DNA from: Octopus vulgaris
Taxonomy: Eukaryota
Assembly: GCA_951406725.2 (NCBI GenBank)
Contig: OX597814.1
Span: 139,624,001 to 139,688,000 of the forward strand
Length of the DNA: 64,000 bases
Direction: 5' to 3'
The notes beneath the pieces were generated by a model. It searched no databases. It was not told where the DNA came from and worked only from the letters and a program-made list of their open reading frames with translations. Below, one piece after another: positions 46,453-59,602 of this stretch. Numbering within the stretch: the stretch's first letter is position 1; the number at the start of each line of letters is the position of its first letter. The position numbers and the translations under genes were made by a program.

Positions 46453-48029
46453 TATATTGCACCAGAAATTATATTGGACACTGTTATGGATACTGTAGTC
46501 CATAGTAAATTTAAGTTAGCAATTAGTAGACTTGTGAGGTGGTAGTTTAGCTCTGAACTATGTAGCATCAAGACAATACAAGATGAATCTCTCCTAACTA
46601 GGATGTGAATCTATGGCAGGTAACCCAGATGATCTGGTAAATATTTTTTGCAAGTATTACTTTATTATTAAAGAATGGGTTTTTGTGCTTTCTTGTACCC
46701 CATTCTAGACCATATCATGTCAGAGTTCCCACTAAGCATTCATATCTCTAAGGTGAAAATATTTTTCTTTTTAATTTCAAATCATTGGAATATTGAAAGA
46801 AAGAAAAAGCCATTGTTAGTGAAGGTTATCAACTGTCTTAATCAACCACAATTTGGTTAATATCAGTGAAATGAGACAGGGTATTGTTCACTGAAGCACT
46901 ATAATATTCTTGCAGTTGATTTGAATTTGCAATCAAGGAATAGATAGACTGATACCTTATCTATGCAAGGCTTTAATCTTAACACAATAAATGTTTTAGG
47001 TGAATGCAGACATGAAACCCTTTATATAAGATCCATTCTTAATTGCTGGAATTGGGTAGATTCTTCTTGGTGAGCTAGCCAGCTGTTTACTGCATACTAT
47101 TTGTTATTTTTGAACAGAATTTTCATTAGCCAAAAAGTGCATTTGAAACACTATGGTAAAGGTATTATATTGGCAGTATATAGAAATCATGGAGCATTGG
47201 TTAAATGTTTTAATGTATTGAGTTACCTAACAATATGTTCTGGATTCTATTCTTGCTTGGCCTAATCTTACCGTTTATTCACATGACAAATTCTCTCTCT
47301 CACACATACACATACAAAAGTGTGTGTGTGTGTGTATTTGTGTACAGCAGGCTTCTTTTCAGTTCCTGTTTAGCAAATCCATTCACAAGGCTTTAGTAGA
47401 AGGTACATGACCATGGTGCCACACAGCAAGACTGAACCTGGTACCATGTGATGGGGAAACAAACTTCTTACCACACAGCCACTCCTTTGTCACAAAATGA
47501 CCAACTGGTATTCTAGCCCTGCTTATTGACTTGCATGTTGACTTGAAATTGTTCAGGAACAGTCACTACACCAATTTCACAGGGGGCCTGCAAGGTCTTA
47601 TACATATTCTGTTCTTGACCAACACATAAATAAATAAGAATTATTAAAACTCGTCTTTCTCAAGAAGTTTTTCCTGCTACTGAATTTTCTTTATCTCTGG
47701 TAGAGCATGCCATATGAAGCAAATTATTTTTATCTGAAGATTCATTTTCTTCAACATCAAACAGGATTAAATAGATTATTTATTTAAATTGACAGTTGTT
47801 GTTTCTTTTGGTTGAAATCCATGTTAATAAGAGAGAACAGATGATGAAGAAAAAAAAAAAACAATGGGGAAATATGAAGGGGAGGAGAATAAGATGGGAA
47901 CAATTATTTGTGATGGTAGTCATGCTGGTAATTTAGTAGTGATTTTACAGGTGGCTTTACTAAAATTAATGGCAGTTCTGTTGTTATATTTGCAGTGACA
48001 TCATCAGGATCATTGTCTATTGTCATAGT

Positions 48030-48290
48030 GGAGTCACATGGCCTAGTGGTTAGAGCAGTGGACTCATGGTCGAGGGATTGCAGGTTCGAATCTCAGACCG
48101 AGTGATGTGTGTGTTTATGAGCGAAACACCTAAGTTCCACGCGGCTCCGGCAGAGGATAATGGCGAACTTCTGCAAACTCTTTCACCACAACTTTCTCTC
48201 ACTCGTTCCTCCTGCATCTTGCTGCTCACCTGAGACAGACCGGCGTCCCGTCCAGGTGGGGAACCTATACCTATACCTATGGCTCGAGAA
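48030..48290 (+). mobile_element. tRNA-derived SINE family F
   Basis: A box tggcctagtgg, B box ggttcgaatct. Confidence 0.75.
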
Positions 48291-48759
48291 GGAACAAACA
48301 ACATTGTCATGCGTCCACTTTTCCATGCTGGCATGAGCTGGATGTGTTTGTTGAGACAGTATTTTATGTCCAAACTCTCTTCCTGTCACAGATCCTTTTA
48401 GTCACTTCTTTCTTATAATACACAGGGACATGGTATATCTGTCTATTGTGAAACCAAGGTACACATGGTAACCTCATCATCATCATGTGTTGCTTTTTGT
48501 TTTGCTATGATAATGATTTGTTTCCTGTGGCATACTCTTTCTGTTGCTGTTTCCAAATAATTAATATAAGTTGTGCCAAATGCAGACCACCAGCAGTCTT
48601 CTTTGATTCTTTTTTATTTTATATATTGCTAATGGCCTAGGAAAACACATCAATGTCTCATTTCTTTATATTTTATTTGAGCTGAACAACTTTAAGTATC
48701 TCTTGATATTAAGCTTTAAGTTTATTTTATTTAAGAAGGACAGCATTTTGTATTGTATG

Positions 48760-49115
48760 TCTTTTATGTGTTTCAGTCATTTGACTGTGGCCATGTTGGG
48801 GCACCGCATTGAAGAATTTTTTGTTGAACGAATCAACCTCAGTACTTATTCTTTTAAGACTGATACTCATTCTATTGATCTCTTTTGACAAACTGCTAAG
48901 TTACGGGGACTTAAGCACACCAACACCTGTTGCAAAGTGGAGTGGGGGAAGGACAAACACACACACACACATATATAGATGACGAGCTTCTTTTAGTTTC
49001 TATCTACCACATCCACTCACAAGGTTTTGGTCAGTTCAAGACTATAGTAGAAAACCCTTGCCCAAGGTATCACACAGTGGTTGGGAAACAAGTTTCTTAC
49101 CACACAACCATGCTT
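48760..49115 (-). mobile_element. SINE family A
   Basis: Match to reference copy. Confidence 0.85.
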
Positions 49116-49391
49116 GTACTTTTGCTTTCCTTTTTTTTTTTTTTGAAGATTCTCCTAGGCTCACCTATAATGTATTTTGGCAAACTTAATGAAGGTTTAT
49201 ATTTAATTTTAATTGTTATTTGTTAATTGTTGAAGTGGGAGAGCGGAAAAAAAGCTGAGATGGAGCCCTAGTGGAATAGAATTCTGAAGAGTAGGTTTTG
49301 GATAAAAGGTTAGGGATGGTACTGGGGGTCAAGGATTGACTTCTTCATCACTCTTGTATGAAATAAGCAAAAAAATTGATTGATTGATCTA

Positions 49392-49607
49392 CAAGTGGGT
49401 GCTGAAAAATTCCTGGCTTTGGATTACAGAAAATACAGGAGGATCAGTTAATTATGATTTTATTCAACATATTCCCATTTCAGATTCACACACTTATAGC
49501 AGCTGTCCTTCAGCCTTTCTTAGTCCTGTAAAAGAACTTAGATGTTGAGCCTCCTATCAGGTCTTTTGTGATACCCTTAAAGTCAGGAATTTTTCAGCAT
49601 CCCCTCA
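49392..49607. mobile_element. Mariner-derived MITE
   Basis: TIR gggtgctgaaaaattcctggcttt / aaagtcaggaatttttcagcatcc with TA flanks; family also at 56983-57330 and 62267-62476. Confidence 0.85.
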
Positions 49608-50004
49608 TATATGTATATTTGAGTATGTTTCTACATAATCAATGAATATCTGTGTCAATAAATACATTTACAACTCTCAAAAGAATTAATACTAGTTGTG
49701 TGTGAATTAATAGTAGTATTAACTCTCTGGTTCAGTAGATCAATTAAGCTTAGAGATTACAAATTATTTACTTACGGATTAATCTCAATGCTGTGGTTAA
49801 TGCCTAATTCCTCCATTTCTGAGGTGGCTGCCTTAGAAATAATTATATGGTTGCTAATCTGTTAGGTATAATTCTTATGTAACCTCAGTGTTTCATAAGA
49901 TCACTGTAAAAGTTAATGTAATTGTTGGGTGACCGTGAACTAATGGTAGTAAATAGGTCTTGAACTTGTTGATGTCTCTTGGTACATTGTTGTGTCTGTA
50001 GTAC

Positions 50005-50330
50005 TATTCTTTACTTCTATTCTTTTACTTGTTTCAGTCATTTGGCTGCAGCCATGCTGGAGCACCACATTTAGTTGAGCAAATCGACCCCAGGACTTAT
50101 TCTTTGTAAGCCTAGTACTTATTCTATCGGTCTCTTTTGCTGGGGGACGTAAACACACCAGCATCAGTTGCCAAGCAATGTTGGGGGCGGGGGGGGGGGG
50201 CCAAACACACACACACACACACACACACTCACACAAACACACACACACACACAAACACACACACACTTATATGACGGGCTTCTTTCAGTTTCTGTCTACC
50301 AAATCTACTCACATGGCTTTGGTCAGCTCA
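50005..50330 (-). mobile_element. SINE family A, 5'-truncated
   Basis: Match to reference copy. Confidence 0.85.
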
Positions 50331-50650
50331 AGTCTTATTGCCTTTGAAATACTTGATTGCCAACTTGTTACAGGCACTCCAGGCTTGTCCCCTATGTGAT
50401 GAGAGATCTTTTCTTACTGTCGATAACATAGGGCTCAAGAAAACTGAATATTGTATGAACACAATTCACTGGAAATTTCTCATGGGAGTTGTCATAATGA
50501 AAGCACTTCTGTTATGACCTCCACTTATTTTAGATACTTTGTTTAATTTTATAGTGTCTTACTTCATTAGATACTCAATGTGTAATTCATTATTGTAATG
50601 GAGGTAAGACACTGGCAATATGTGGTGTGTGTATAGCTAGTAATAATTTA

Positions 50651-51014
50651 TCTCTATATATATAAACGGCAAAATGTCTGTGTGCGTGTCCTTTATACAA
50701 ATCCACAATTTTTCAGTTAGAGGGCTCGCACTTTCTATGGTCATTCAAAACCATCCAAGGGTGGTCGTGCACATCTTTACATTTCCCCAGTCATCCCGCA
50801 AAGCCATTAAAAAATCAATAGAAGTGACTTTTTTGTGAATTTTCTATCCAAAACCCAATCAAAATGCCTGAAACTTGATACGCCAATTAAATGCCAGCTA
50901 GCTGTATGTGATTGGTCGGAGATTTGGACAGTGCTCGCATGTATGTGCACACGCACGCAGCTGTACATGCATGCACTAGCACTATGACCCGGCAACGCTA
51001 GGTCATAGTGCTAG
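50651..51014 (+). mobile_element. Non-autonomous Helitron, complete
   Basis: A|TC 5' end, CTAG|T 3' end, no TSD, terminal hairpin cactagcactatgacc..ggtcatagtgctagtg; second copy at 16713-17068. Confidence 0.88.
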
Positions 51015-51264
51015 TGAGTATATACAGCTGGTGATATTGGCAAGTGTATACAGCCATAAGGTTTTCACAGAGGCTATATTGAGTAAAGTTAGGAAGTATC
51101 TGAAAATATTTGTAATTACTAATCTTCAGCAAAAACTTAATATTTATTAATTTGGGGAAAATACTTTTCTAATTGGTATTTCCATGATAATTAAATTTGC
51201 TTTGTTACTACTTGCAGTTTGTATTACTAACCTGGTGAAAAAAAAAACCCAGTTAAATTTCATA

Positions 51265-51921
51265 GGAGCAGGCATGGCTCTGTGGTTAGACATTTGCTTC
51301 CCAACCACATGGTTTTGGTTCAGTCCTACCACATGGCACTTCGAGAAAGTATCATCTATAGCCCCAGGCCTTGCGAGTGGATTTGATGGATGGAAACTGA
51401 AAGAAACCTGTTGTGTGTGTGTGTGTTACTTTCTCCTTGACTTCACATGATAGTTGTAAGCAAGTTTTGTGCAAGTGGTATCCTTCATTTCCAATCTTCC
51501 AAAACATGGTCAGTAGTACCTTTATTGAAAACAGATGGGGGTTGACAACAGGAAGAGTATGCAGCTGCATGGAAGAATAGACATTAAGATGATGATGATG
51601 ATTATACCCCATGGCTTCAACACTTTTATTCAAAAATGTTAAAGCCATGATCATCATACCATTGCTTAAAGTATTTAGTTACACATATATGCATATATTT
51701 ATGTGAGTATATCTTTGTGTCTGCGTTTGTCCCCCACCATAGCTTGACAACTGATGTTGGTGTATTTATGTTTCTGTAACCTAGTAGTTCGGCAAAAGAG
51801 ACCAATAGAATGAGAACTAGGCTTACAAAAAATAAGTCCTGGGGTTAATTTCTTTGACTGAAACCCTTTAAGGTGGTGCTCCAGCATGGCCACAGTCAAA
51901 TTACTGACACAAGTAAAAGAA

Positions 51922-51925
<4 letters not shown>
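51265..51925 (+). mobile_element. SINE family C (51265-51600) and SINE family A tail (51700-51925)
   Basis: Matches to reference copies. Confidence 0.8.
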
Positions 51926-51955
<30 letters not shown>

Positions 51956-52349
51956 ATTTGTAGGAGTTTTGGTTATTATTTCTAGCAGCCCAAATGACTA
52001 TATAAATACTCCATTTTTGGCTTGAGTATATATATCTTAAATACTATTTACATGAGTAACTAATTTTAAAAGATTACCTTCAAACTTCCATTATAACAAT
52101 TTTATATTTACACTTTAAATTCTTACTTAATGGGAAGTTCATTGATAGTTCGTCTGTGATGCTATTGATAGATTTCATTAAGGTCTTTAAATATAAAGGT
52201 GTTAACTGACATTTATTGTATTGCAGTGTATAAAGAGGTTTTAGTATTCAAACAATCTCAATGCTTCAAGCAGACTGGCAGTGAATTAAATATGAAATCA
52301 TTGCCAAGCCATTTCGGGAAACAGATGCACGTTTTAATTTACCATTTAT

Positions 52350-52406
52350 CCCTCTCTCTCTCTCTCTCTGTCTTTCACCACCCTTCCTTTTTGTTCTCAC
52401 TCTCTT

Positions 52407-52483
<77 letters not shown>

Positions 52484-52664
52484 TATACATACATTTTTCT
52501 CTCTATATATATATACACACACATATATATATATGCACATGCATACATACATACATATATATATATATATACACACACATATATATATATGCACATGCAT
52601 ACATACATACATATATATATATATATACACACACATATATATATATGCACATGCATACATACAT

Positions 52665-52712
<48 letters not shown>
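52350..52712. repeat. Compound (CT)n/(TA)n/(CA)n microsatellite with a roughly 52-bp higher-order unit repeated 3 times
   Basis: tatatatacacacacatatatatatatgcacatgcatacatacataca repeated. Confidence 0.93.
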
Positions 52713-52714
<2 letters not shown>

Positions 52715-52852
52715 GTTTAAATATTTGTTGTGCAAGATTTTTTATGTGAAGTCGTGTGTTGAAACAGATATTGTTATATTTCGGAATGGTCCTATATAGT
52801 GCGTGTGTTTTTATTGGCTAAACTGGCAATATGACCATTCCGAAATATAACA

Positions 52853-52885
<33 letters not shown>

Positions 52886-53300
52886 ATCAATAATAATAAA
52901 GGGTAAAATTAATTAATCAATTTATAATTAATAATCTTACCAAGTAGTTCGGTATATTAAAAGAACCTTTATCAGTAAACTTATACAAAAATTATTATAA
53001 TTATAAACATAATTATAATTAGGGTTTAGCAAAATTGCTTCACCACATACCGAAATTTAGAAATAGCAGGTATGAGTTATTTTACATATCTTTAATCCAG
53101 AAATGTGTATATAGTTAATCAAAACCAGGTGGATTTGTTATTTTTTTCCTCTTTGCCTGTGTAAGTTGAGACTATTGCTGTCTGGGAGATGTCTTATGGT
53201 AGTAGAATAGTATTTAACTGCTATTTCTAAATTTCGGTATGTGGCCAAGCAGTTTTGCTAAACCCTAATTATAGTTATGTTTATAATTATAATAATTTAT
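52715..53300. mobile_element. Two PLE-type fold-back fragments in (TA)n
   Basis: IR atattgttatatttcggaatggtc / gaccattccgaaatataacaatat (52768-52856); 80-bp IR 52990-53069 / 53218-53300; decayed HHR-like ctgataa..accgaac on minus at 52937-52978. Confidence 0.65.
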
Positions 53301-53319
53301 ATATATATATGTATATATA

Positions 53320-53379
<60 letters not shown>

Positions 53380-53384
53380 TATGA

Positions 53385-53759
53385 GTAAAAGGCCCCCCCC
53401 CATCCAATGGACAGTGCTGAGTTGTCAAACATTTAAACCAAATTTTCTCGAAACAACTTGTCCGACCGTCCCATAGGCCTCCCCTTTGAGAAACACTGAT
53501 TTAACCTAAATTTGAGACACCAGCAAAAGAAGAAATAAAGATAGACTTTTTTTCTATTCCAAGAAAAACAATTTTACAAATGCACGTTCCCACAGCTTTG
53601 TTGATCGCATTCTCACCTGGAATCGATTTTTGTAATTTTTTCAAGACTTATACACGCCCTGATACCATCAGTATCTACATATCAAATTTGAGCACAATCG
53701 GATGGAGGATGCCCAAGATCCTAGAAGACACACAGACAGAATGGATTTTATATAATAGA
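53385..53759 (-). mobile_element. Non-autonomous Helitron-like element, 3' end not seen
   Basis: Minus start a|tctattatataaaaatccattctgtctgtgtg, then ccgattgtgctcaaatttg. Confidence 0.6.
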
Positions 53760-54129
53760 TATATGATGATATATATATTGTGTGATAAAATGGTTGAGTC
53801 ATTGGAACATCAGACAGAATACACATGCATACATACATACATACATACATACATGCATACATACATGCATACATACATACATACATACATGCATGCATGC
53901 ATGCACATACATGGATACAGAATGGCTGAATGGTTGTAAGGTTAACTTCAAAATCACTACATCCTGGGTTCAATCCCCCTCTGTAGTATCTTTAGAAAGC
54001 ATAAAATATTTTTATTGGTAATGGAAGCAGTATTTGTGCAGAATAACATTCTGCATGTCTTATCATTGAAATCCATAAAACTTAACTTACAACTGAAATC
54101 CACAATACAATCCAATATACATGTAGTCA

Positions 54130-54685
54130 CTTAGAAGTTCAGCCTCACAGGGGCGATTACAAAGCACCAAGTCTTTTGTGCTTGAGAAGACATGTGAAAC
54201 TCAGTAAAATCGTGGTCTTCCACACATACAGGCATGTCCTTTATGGTTATCAAGCGACCCTTTCTGCTTCCTTGTCCTACTGCAGATGTGAAGTATCTCT
54301 TCTGGCGACCCCATGGGTGCTGGTGCAATGTAAAAAGCACCCATGTGTATGTGTGTGTAAAGCCAAAGAACCATTTGCCATCATTTGCGACTCAGTGTAA
54401 CCAGGTAGCATGTACTGTATTTTCACATTGTTTTGTGTGCCTTATGTAGACACAAGTAGGCACAGACACCTTGTCAGCCTCCCACCTATTGACCCAGTGG
54501 ATGTGACAGCTGCAGTGTGAGAGGGCAGCACTAGCACACGGCATGCTTGTTTTCAATTGAGCAGGCTGGAACATGAAATGAAGCACCCCTTGTTCAAGAA
54601 CACAAACATCTCTCAGTCCAGGAATCGAACCCATGACATAAAGATTGGGAGCCCAATGCCCTATGCTTACTAGACCATATGCCTA
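54130..54685. mobile_element. RTE 3' relic (plus, 54130-54345) and tRNA-derived SINE (minus, 54385-54685)
   Basis: ttcagcctcacaggggcgattac..cttgagaagac; minus-strand B box gggttcgattcc. Confidence 0.65.
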
Positions 54686-56037
54686 CAGGAACAATTATGT
54701 CTGTGTATATTCATATGCCCAAATTTGTATTCAGGATTCTTTAAATAGAAATGCCCTGATCAAATTTACTGTTGATCTTAGCTGCGTAATTTGATAAGAG
54801 ATGTTAGAAACCTTCCAGTTGAACCAGAGTAAATGTTATTAGGTTCTGCTTCTGAGTTTTCCCACTAATTATATATTTACTCTGCGAAGCTGATTGTCTA
54901 CTTTGGCATAAATTCTACAAAGCACTTTAGTTCCAAACAACATTGTTATTCTCATATATACACAATAAATATTTATTGTTATTTGTTGTTAGTGAATTAC
55001 TCAAAAGACATGGTGTGCATGAATTTATCGTTTCTGACTGCCAAGGAAGGTGTTTTACAAAGGCTGATCTATACAGCAGTTAGAAAAGAATGTTTAGCTC
55101 AGTCTATTGAGCTGCATATAAATATTGTAATAAGAAAGAGTATCAACTAGTCATTAACTGCAATATCACTGTATACTGTGTTTGATAGTACAAAAGATAC
55201 ATTAGATGCACTCCAATTTTAGCAGCTTATATTTAAGAAAAAAATTTTAGTGCATTAAAGCTTGTACTATAGACTCAAATCCACATGTAGGTGCAGGGGT
55301 GATTTTTTTTTTTGAGACTTTTTTATTTTTGGAAAACAGTGTATCTTATATGCCATCAGCTATGGTAGTTATTATCTTTACCAGTTGCCTACCTCTGAAT
55401 TCCTGTTCATATATGAATGAGGTTTGATCACTGTGGAAGTTGTTCCTCATAGAGGCAGCATTCAGTTTCTCTGTATCTTTCTTGCTTTCTAAATTAAATT
55501 TGTTCAGTCAGCATTTACCAATCACTAATCCATGCAGTAATATTTGACATAATTCTATATATTTAATGAGAGAATGACTCATGGTTGTGATAATGATTAT
55601 CACCCTGATCATCAAGATGATAATTAGGATAATTACAATTTTTTTTGTTTGTCTTAACATTTGCCTGATTTAAATGTCTAAGCCTTGTATAATGTTATTT
55701 GGATTGCTTAGTCTTATTGTTGTATTCTCAGTGAAGCTGTGGTTAATTAAACATCTTGTACATTGTTTGATATGTATTATTATAGAAAGTGCCTCTGAAT
55801 CATAGGTCATTACAACAAAGGAGACATCCACCTGTCTGGCAAGACCAAGACTTCTTCTTTCAGATGCTGACAGCACTTCAGTGGAGGATGTAACCTATAC
55901 TGCACTTTCCATCAAACCATATGAGTTAAGAAACTAGGGATACAGGTATTACCCCAGCCTCTGCAGTGAAAAGTTTGCTATCTATTAGTAGCTCTAAGAA
56001 GTCTGAGCTTTCACTTAATGCTAGGGAAAAATAAAGG

Positions 56038-56112
56038 AGCATGCAAAATTACTCACAAAAGCATGCAAAATTACTCATTAAAGCATGCAAAAGTACTCAT
56101 AAAGGCATGCAA
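56038..56112. repeat. 22-bp tandem repeat, about 3.5 copies
   Basis: agcatgcaaaattactcacaaa and variants. Confidence 0.9.
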
Positions 56113-56574
56113 TGTGACAAATGCTTAGCGGTACACCAATGCTACTCTTTAAGTGTTTGAAGCTGTTCAGCTGAGGAAAAAAGAAAAGGAAAAGGATAAT
56201 TAAGTTTCAGCCAATATTGGCCCCTACCATTACTGACTTAACTGTGTCACCTGGAAAAGATATTTAATAATTTTCATGTTACTTAGGCACTGTACTCTGA
56301 ACACCATAGTGCATTTGAGTAAAGAGTTATTGTTTGTAAAGATATATCTAGGTGTAGGTAGTTTCTCTTAGGAATTTATGCATATACACACATCCATATA
56401 CATACACACACACACACACACACATTTATATATATACATACACACACACACACACACAAACATGTGTGTACATATTTATCATCAGCATCATTTAATGTCA
56501 AGTTTCTGTGCTGGGATATATTGTGGACAGTTTGACAGGATCTGCTGAGCATATATATATATACATATATATAT

Positions 56575-56960
56575 AGGCACAGGAGTGGCTGTGTGGTAAG
56601 TAGCTTGCTTACCAACTACAAGGTTCCGGGTTCAGTCCCACTGCATGGCACCTTGGGCAAGTGTTTGCTACTATAGCCTTGGGCCAACCAAAGCCTTGAG
56701 AGTGGATTTGCTAGATGGGGACTGAAAGAAGCCTGTCATATATATATATATGTTTATGTTTGTCTGTGTTTGTCCCCCCATTATCGCTTGAGAACCGATG
56801 CTGGTGTGTTTATGTCCGCATAGTTTAGCAGTTCAGCAAAAGAGACTGATAGGATAAGTACTAGGCTTACAAAGAGTAAGTCCTTGGGTCAATATATATA
56901 TATTCTTTTATTTGTTTCAGTCATTTGACTGCGGCCATGCTTTAGTCGAACAAATTGACC
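56575..56960 (+). mobile_element. SINE family A, with an inverted tail fragment at 56900-56960
   Basis: Match to reference copy. Confidence 0.88.
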
Positions 56961-56982
56961 CAAATTGATTTATGTTATAAGT

Positions 56983-57330
56983 AGGGTGCTGAAAAGTTCC
57001 TTAGGGATATTGCGAAAGGCCTGGTTGGAGGCTCAACCTTCCAAATTGTTTTACAGGGCTTAGAAAAACTGAAGGACCACTGCAATAAGTATGTGAATCT
57101 GAGAGGGGAATATTTTGAATAAAATCATAATTAACTGATCCTCCTGTATTTTCTTTTACCCAAAGCCCGGAACTTTTATGATTTTATTCAACATATTCCC
57201 CTTTCAGACTTACATACTTATTGTAGTGGTCCTTCAGTTTTTCTAAGCCTTGTAAAAGAACTCAAAAGGTTGGACCTCCAACAGGCCTTTCGTGACACTC
57301 TTAAAGCCAGGAACTTTGCATCAACCCTTT
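56983..57330. mobile_element. Palindromic rearranged mariner MITE
   Basis: One near-complete copy (56983-57177) fused to an inverted partial copy; encodes mariner C-terminus LQGLEKLKDHCNKYVNLRGEYFE*. Confidence 0.82.
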
Positions 57331-57332
57331 AT

Positions 57333-57366
<34 letters not shown>

Positions 57367-58359
57367 GGATGTATGTATTGAGACACTGATGTTGCTTCTG
57401 GATTATATTAAAATAATGTAAGCTTTCTACTTTATGCATTGAGTTCTATATCTCCGTATTATGTATATAATTCTCTTCCTCCTCTCTGTCTATATATACA
57501 TATGTGACAGGCATTTCGTTTACTAAATTCAACTATCAAGAAAACACTTGCTCAACATGTTGCTCAGTGGGATTGAACCCGGAACTATATGACTGCAAAG
57601 ATAACTTTTTAACTAGATAGCCACGTCTGAGTAATTATGTTACGATGTGTTCCTCAATTGTAAATACATTCAGCATGTACTTTTTATTTCGACGATATAA
57701 CCTCTAGTAGTCTAAAATAGTTAATATAAAATAAATGATTGTCCCCCCCACGGTGTTTAGTTGTGCTATTTTGATTTAAAGTGCTTCATGTTATTGTGAC
57801 AGGAAGATAGATGCGGCAATTTTAATTTTTCATTACCGAGACAATAAGCTGATTTAATGGTAATTCAGTGATGTAGACTTCTTTGTGAATTTAGTTGGGA
57901 CAAAACAGTTCTATTTGAAAGAAAATGAAATGAAATTCCCTGAGATAGAAAGGTATGATTGATTGAAAAAAACCGAAAAGATTATCGTCTGTATTATATA
58001 TTTAAATTTTAAATTTAGGCTGCTAAATTTAAATGTTATCTGCCATACTACTTCAGACTTCGTTGTTTCGTCTGTCTCACTTGACTTATCCTCCATCTTG
58101 TTTTTTTTGTTTTTTTGACGTTTCTATCAATAAAAGCTGTCCCCGAAATATTTATAAATCTAAACCGAATGGTTGTACAAACATACATACACACATATTA
58201 ATATTTAGCAGAAGCAACAAAGTGATTCAAGGTCCAAGAGTCACGTGCGTTGGCACTTAAATATATCCATATTTTGAGTTCTTTTTTCCTGTTTGCACCA
58301 ACGCACACTCACACACACAGACATTAATATATGTCGCCCTCTTTCATTGGGATTTCATT

Positions 58360-58422
<63 letters not shown>

Positions 58423-58470
58423 CTAATTATCTATCTGTCTACATGTGTGTGTGTGTGTGCGTGTGTGTTC

Positions 58471-58506
58471 CTTTCTGTGGAAGAGCGTAGGCTCGAAACG
58501 TTAAAG
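58471..58506 (+). ncRNA. Minimal hammerhead-like motif (A6U core variant), copy 1
   Basis: cttt-CTGTGGA-a-gagc[gtag]gctc-GAAA-cg-TT-aaag. Confidence 0.55.
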
Positions 58507-58564
58507 ACTTTTTCACTTCCTGAGCGTTATACCACCTGTCTTCATTTTTGTTTTTTTTTGTGTG

Positions 58565-58603
<39 letters not shown>

Positions 58604-58879
58604 CTTATATATAAAGAACGTCACGAATTGACAAACACGGAAATAATTCAGAGCCTTCATTCTTCAAAAACCGATTCATCAAACCGAATGGTTGTACAAA
58701 CATACATACACACATATTAATATTTCTCTGAATTTGTATTTCTTGATTCAAGGTCCAAGAGTCACGTGCGTTGGCACTTAAATATATCCATATTTTGAGT
58801 TCTTTTTCCTGTTTGCACCAACGCACACTCACACACACAGACATTAATATATGTCGCCCTCTTTCATTGGGATTTCATT

Positions 58880-58942
<63 letters not shown>

Positions 58943-58990
58943 CTAATTATCTATCTGTCTACATGTGTGTGTGTGTGTGCGTGTGTGTTC

Positions 58991-59026
58991 CTTTCTGTGG
59001 AAGAGCGTAGGCTCGAAACGTTAAAG
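58991..59026 (+). ncRNA. Minimal hammerhead-like motif (A6U core variant), copy 2
   Basis: Identical to 58471-58506. Confidence 0.55.
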
Positions 59027-59091
59027 ACTTTTTCACTTCCTGAGCGTTATACCACCTGTCTTCATCTTTTGTTTTTTTTTGTGTGATTTCT

Positions 59092-59132
<41 letters not shown>

Positions 59133-59313
59133 AAAACTTATATATAAAGAACGTGAAATTCACGAATTGACAAACACGGAAAAACGGACAGTAATTCAGA
59201 GCCTTCATTCTTCAGTCAGAAACCGATTCATCATGGCAAATTTCGGCTATACATACATATACTGCTCTACTTCTTAGAGTGTGCTTCTCTGAATTTGTAT
59301 TTCTAAAAAAAAG

Positions 59314-59348
<35 letters not shown>

Positions 59349-59526
59349 GTAAAAACATAAATCCGAAAGAAGCACACTCTAAGATATAGAGTAGCATATA
59401 TGAAAAATGGGATTCCCGTCCATAAAGGGCGTATCGTCAGATCCCAAAACCTGTTGGCCCAAGACCTCCTAAAAAGAAGAAAATGGATGGGAAGCCTAAC
59501 GTAATCCCATAAACCGGCCTTCCTCA

Positions 59527-59582
<56 letters not shown>

Positions 59583-59602
59583 TTATTATATATAGAAAAT
59601 TG

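Larger units (their letters stand above)
58162..59230 (+). repeat. Tandem duplication with period of about 520 bp, carrying an HHR-like motif in each unit
   Basis: Units start aaaccgaatggttgtac at 58162 and 58681; near-identical over most of their length. Confidence 0.92.

Noticed and set aside
49776-49858. Minus-strand 83-nt exon (ISNHIIISKAATSEMEELGINHSIEINP) with a gtaagt donor
   Set aside because: Weak acceptor, no homology recognised; expected by chance in 64 kb
55806-55923. Plus-strand terminal exon ending DADSTSVEDVTYTALFHQTI* with an ITIM-like VTYTAL
   Set aside because: Short motif easily met by chance; no linked upstream exons can be shown
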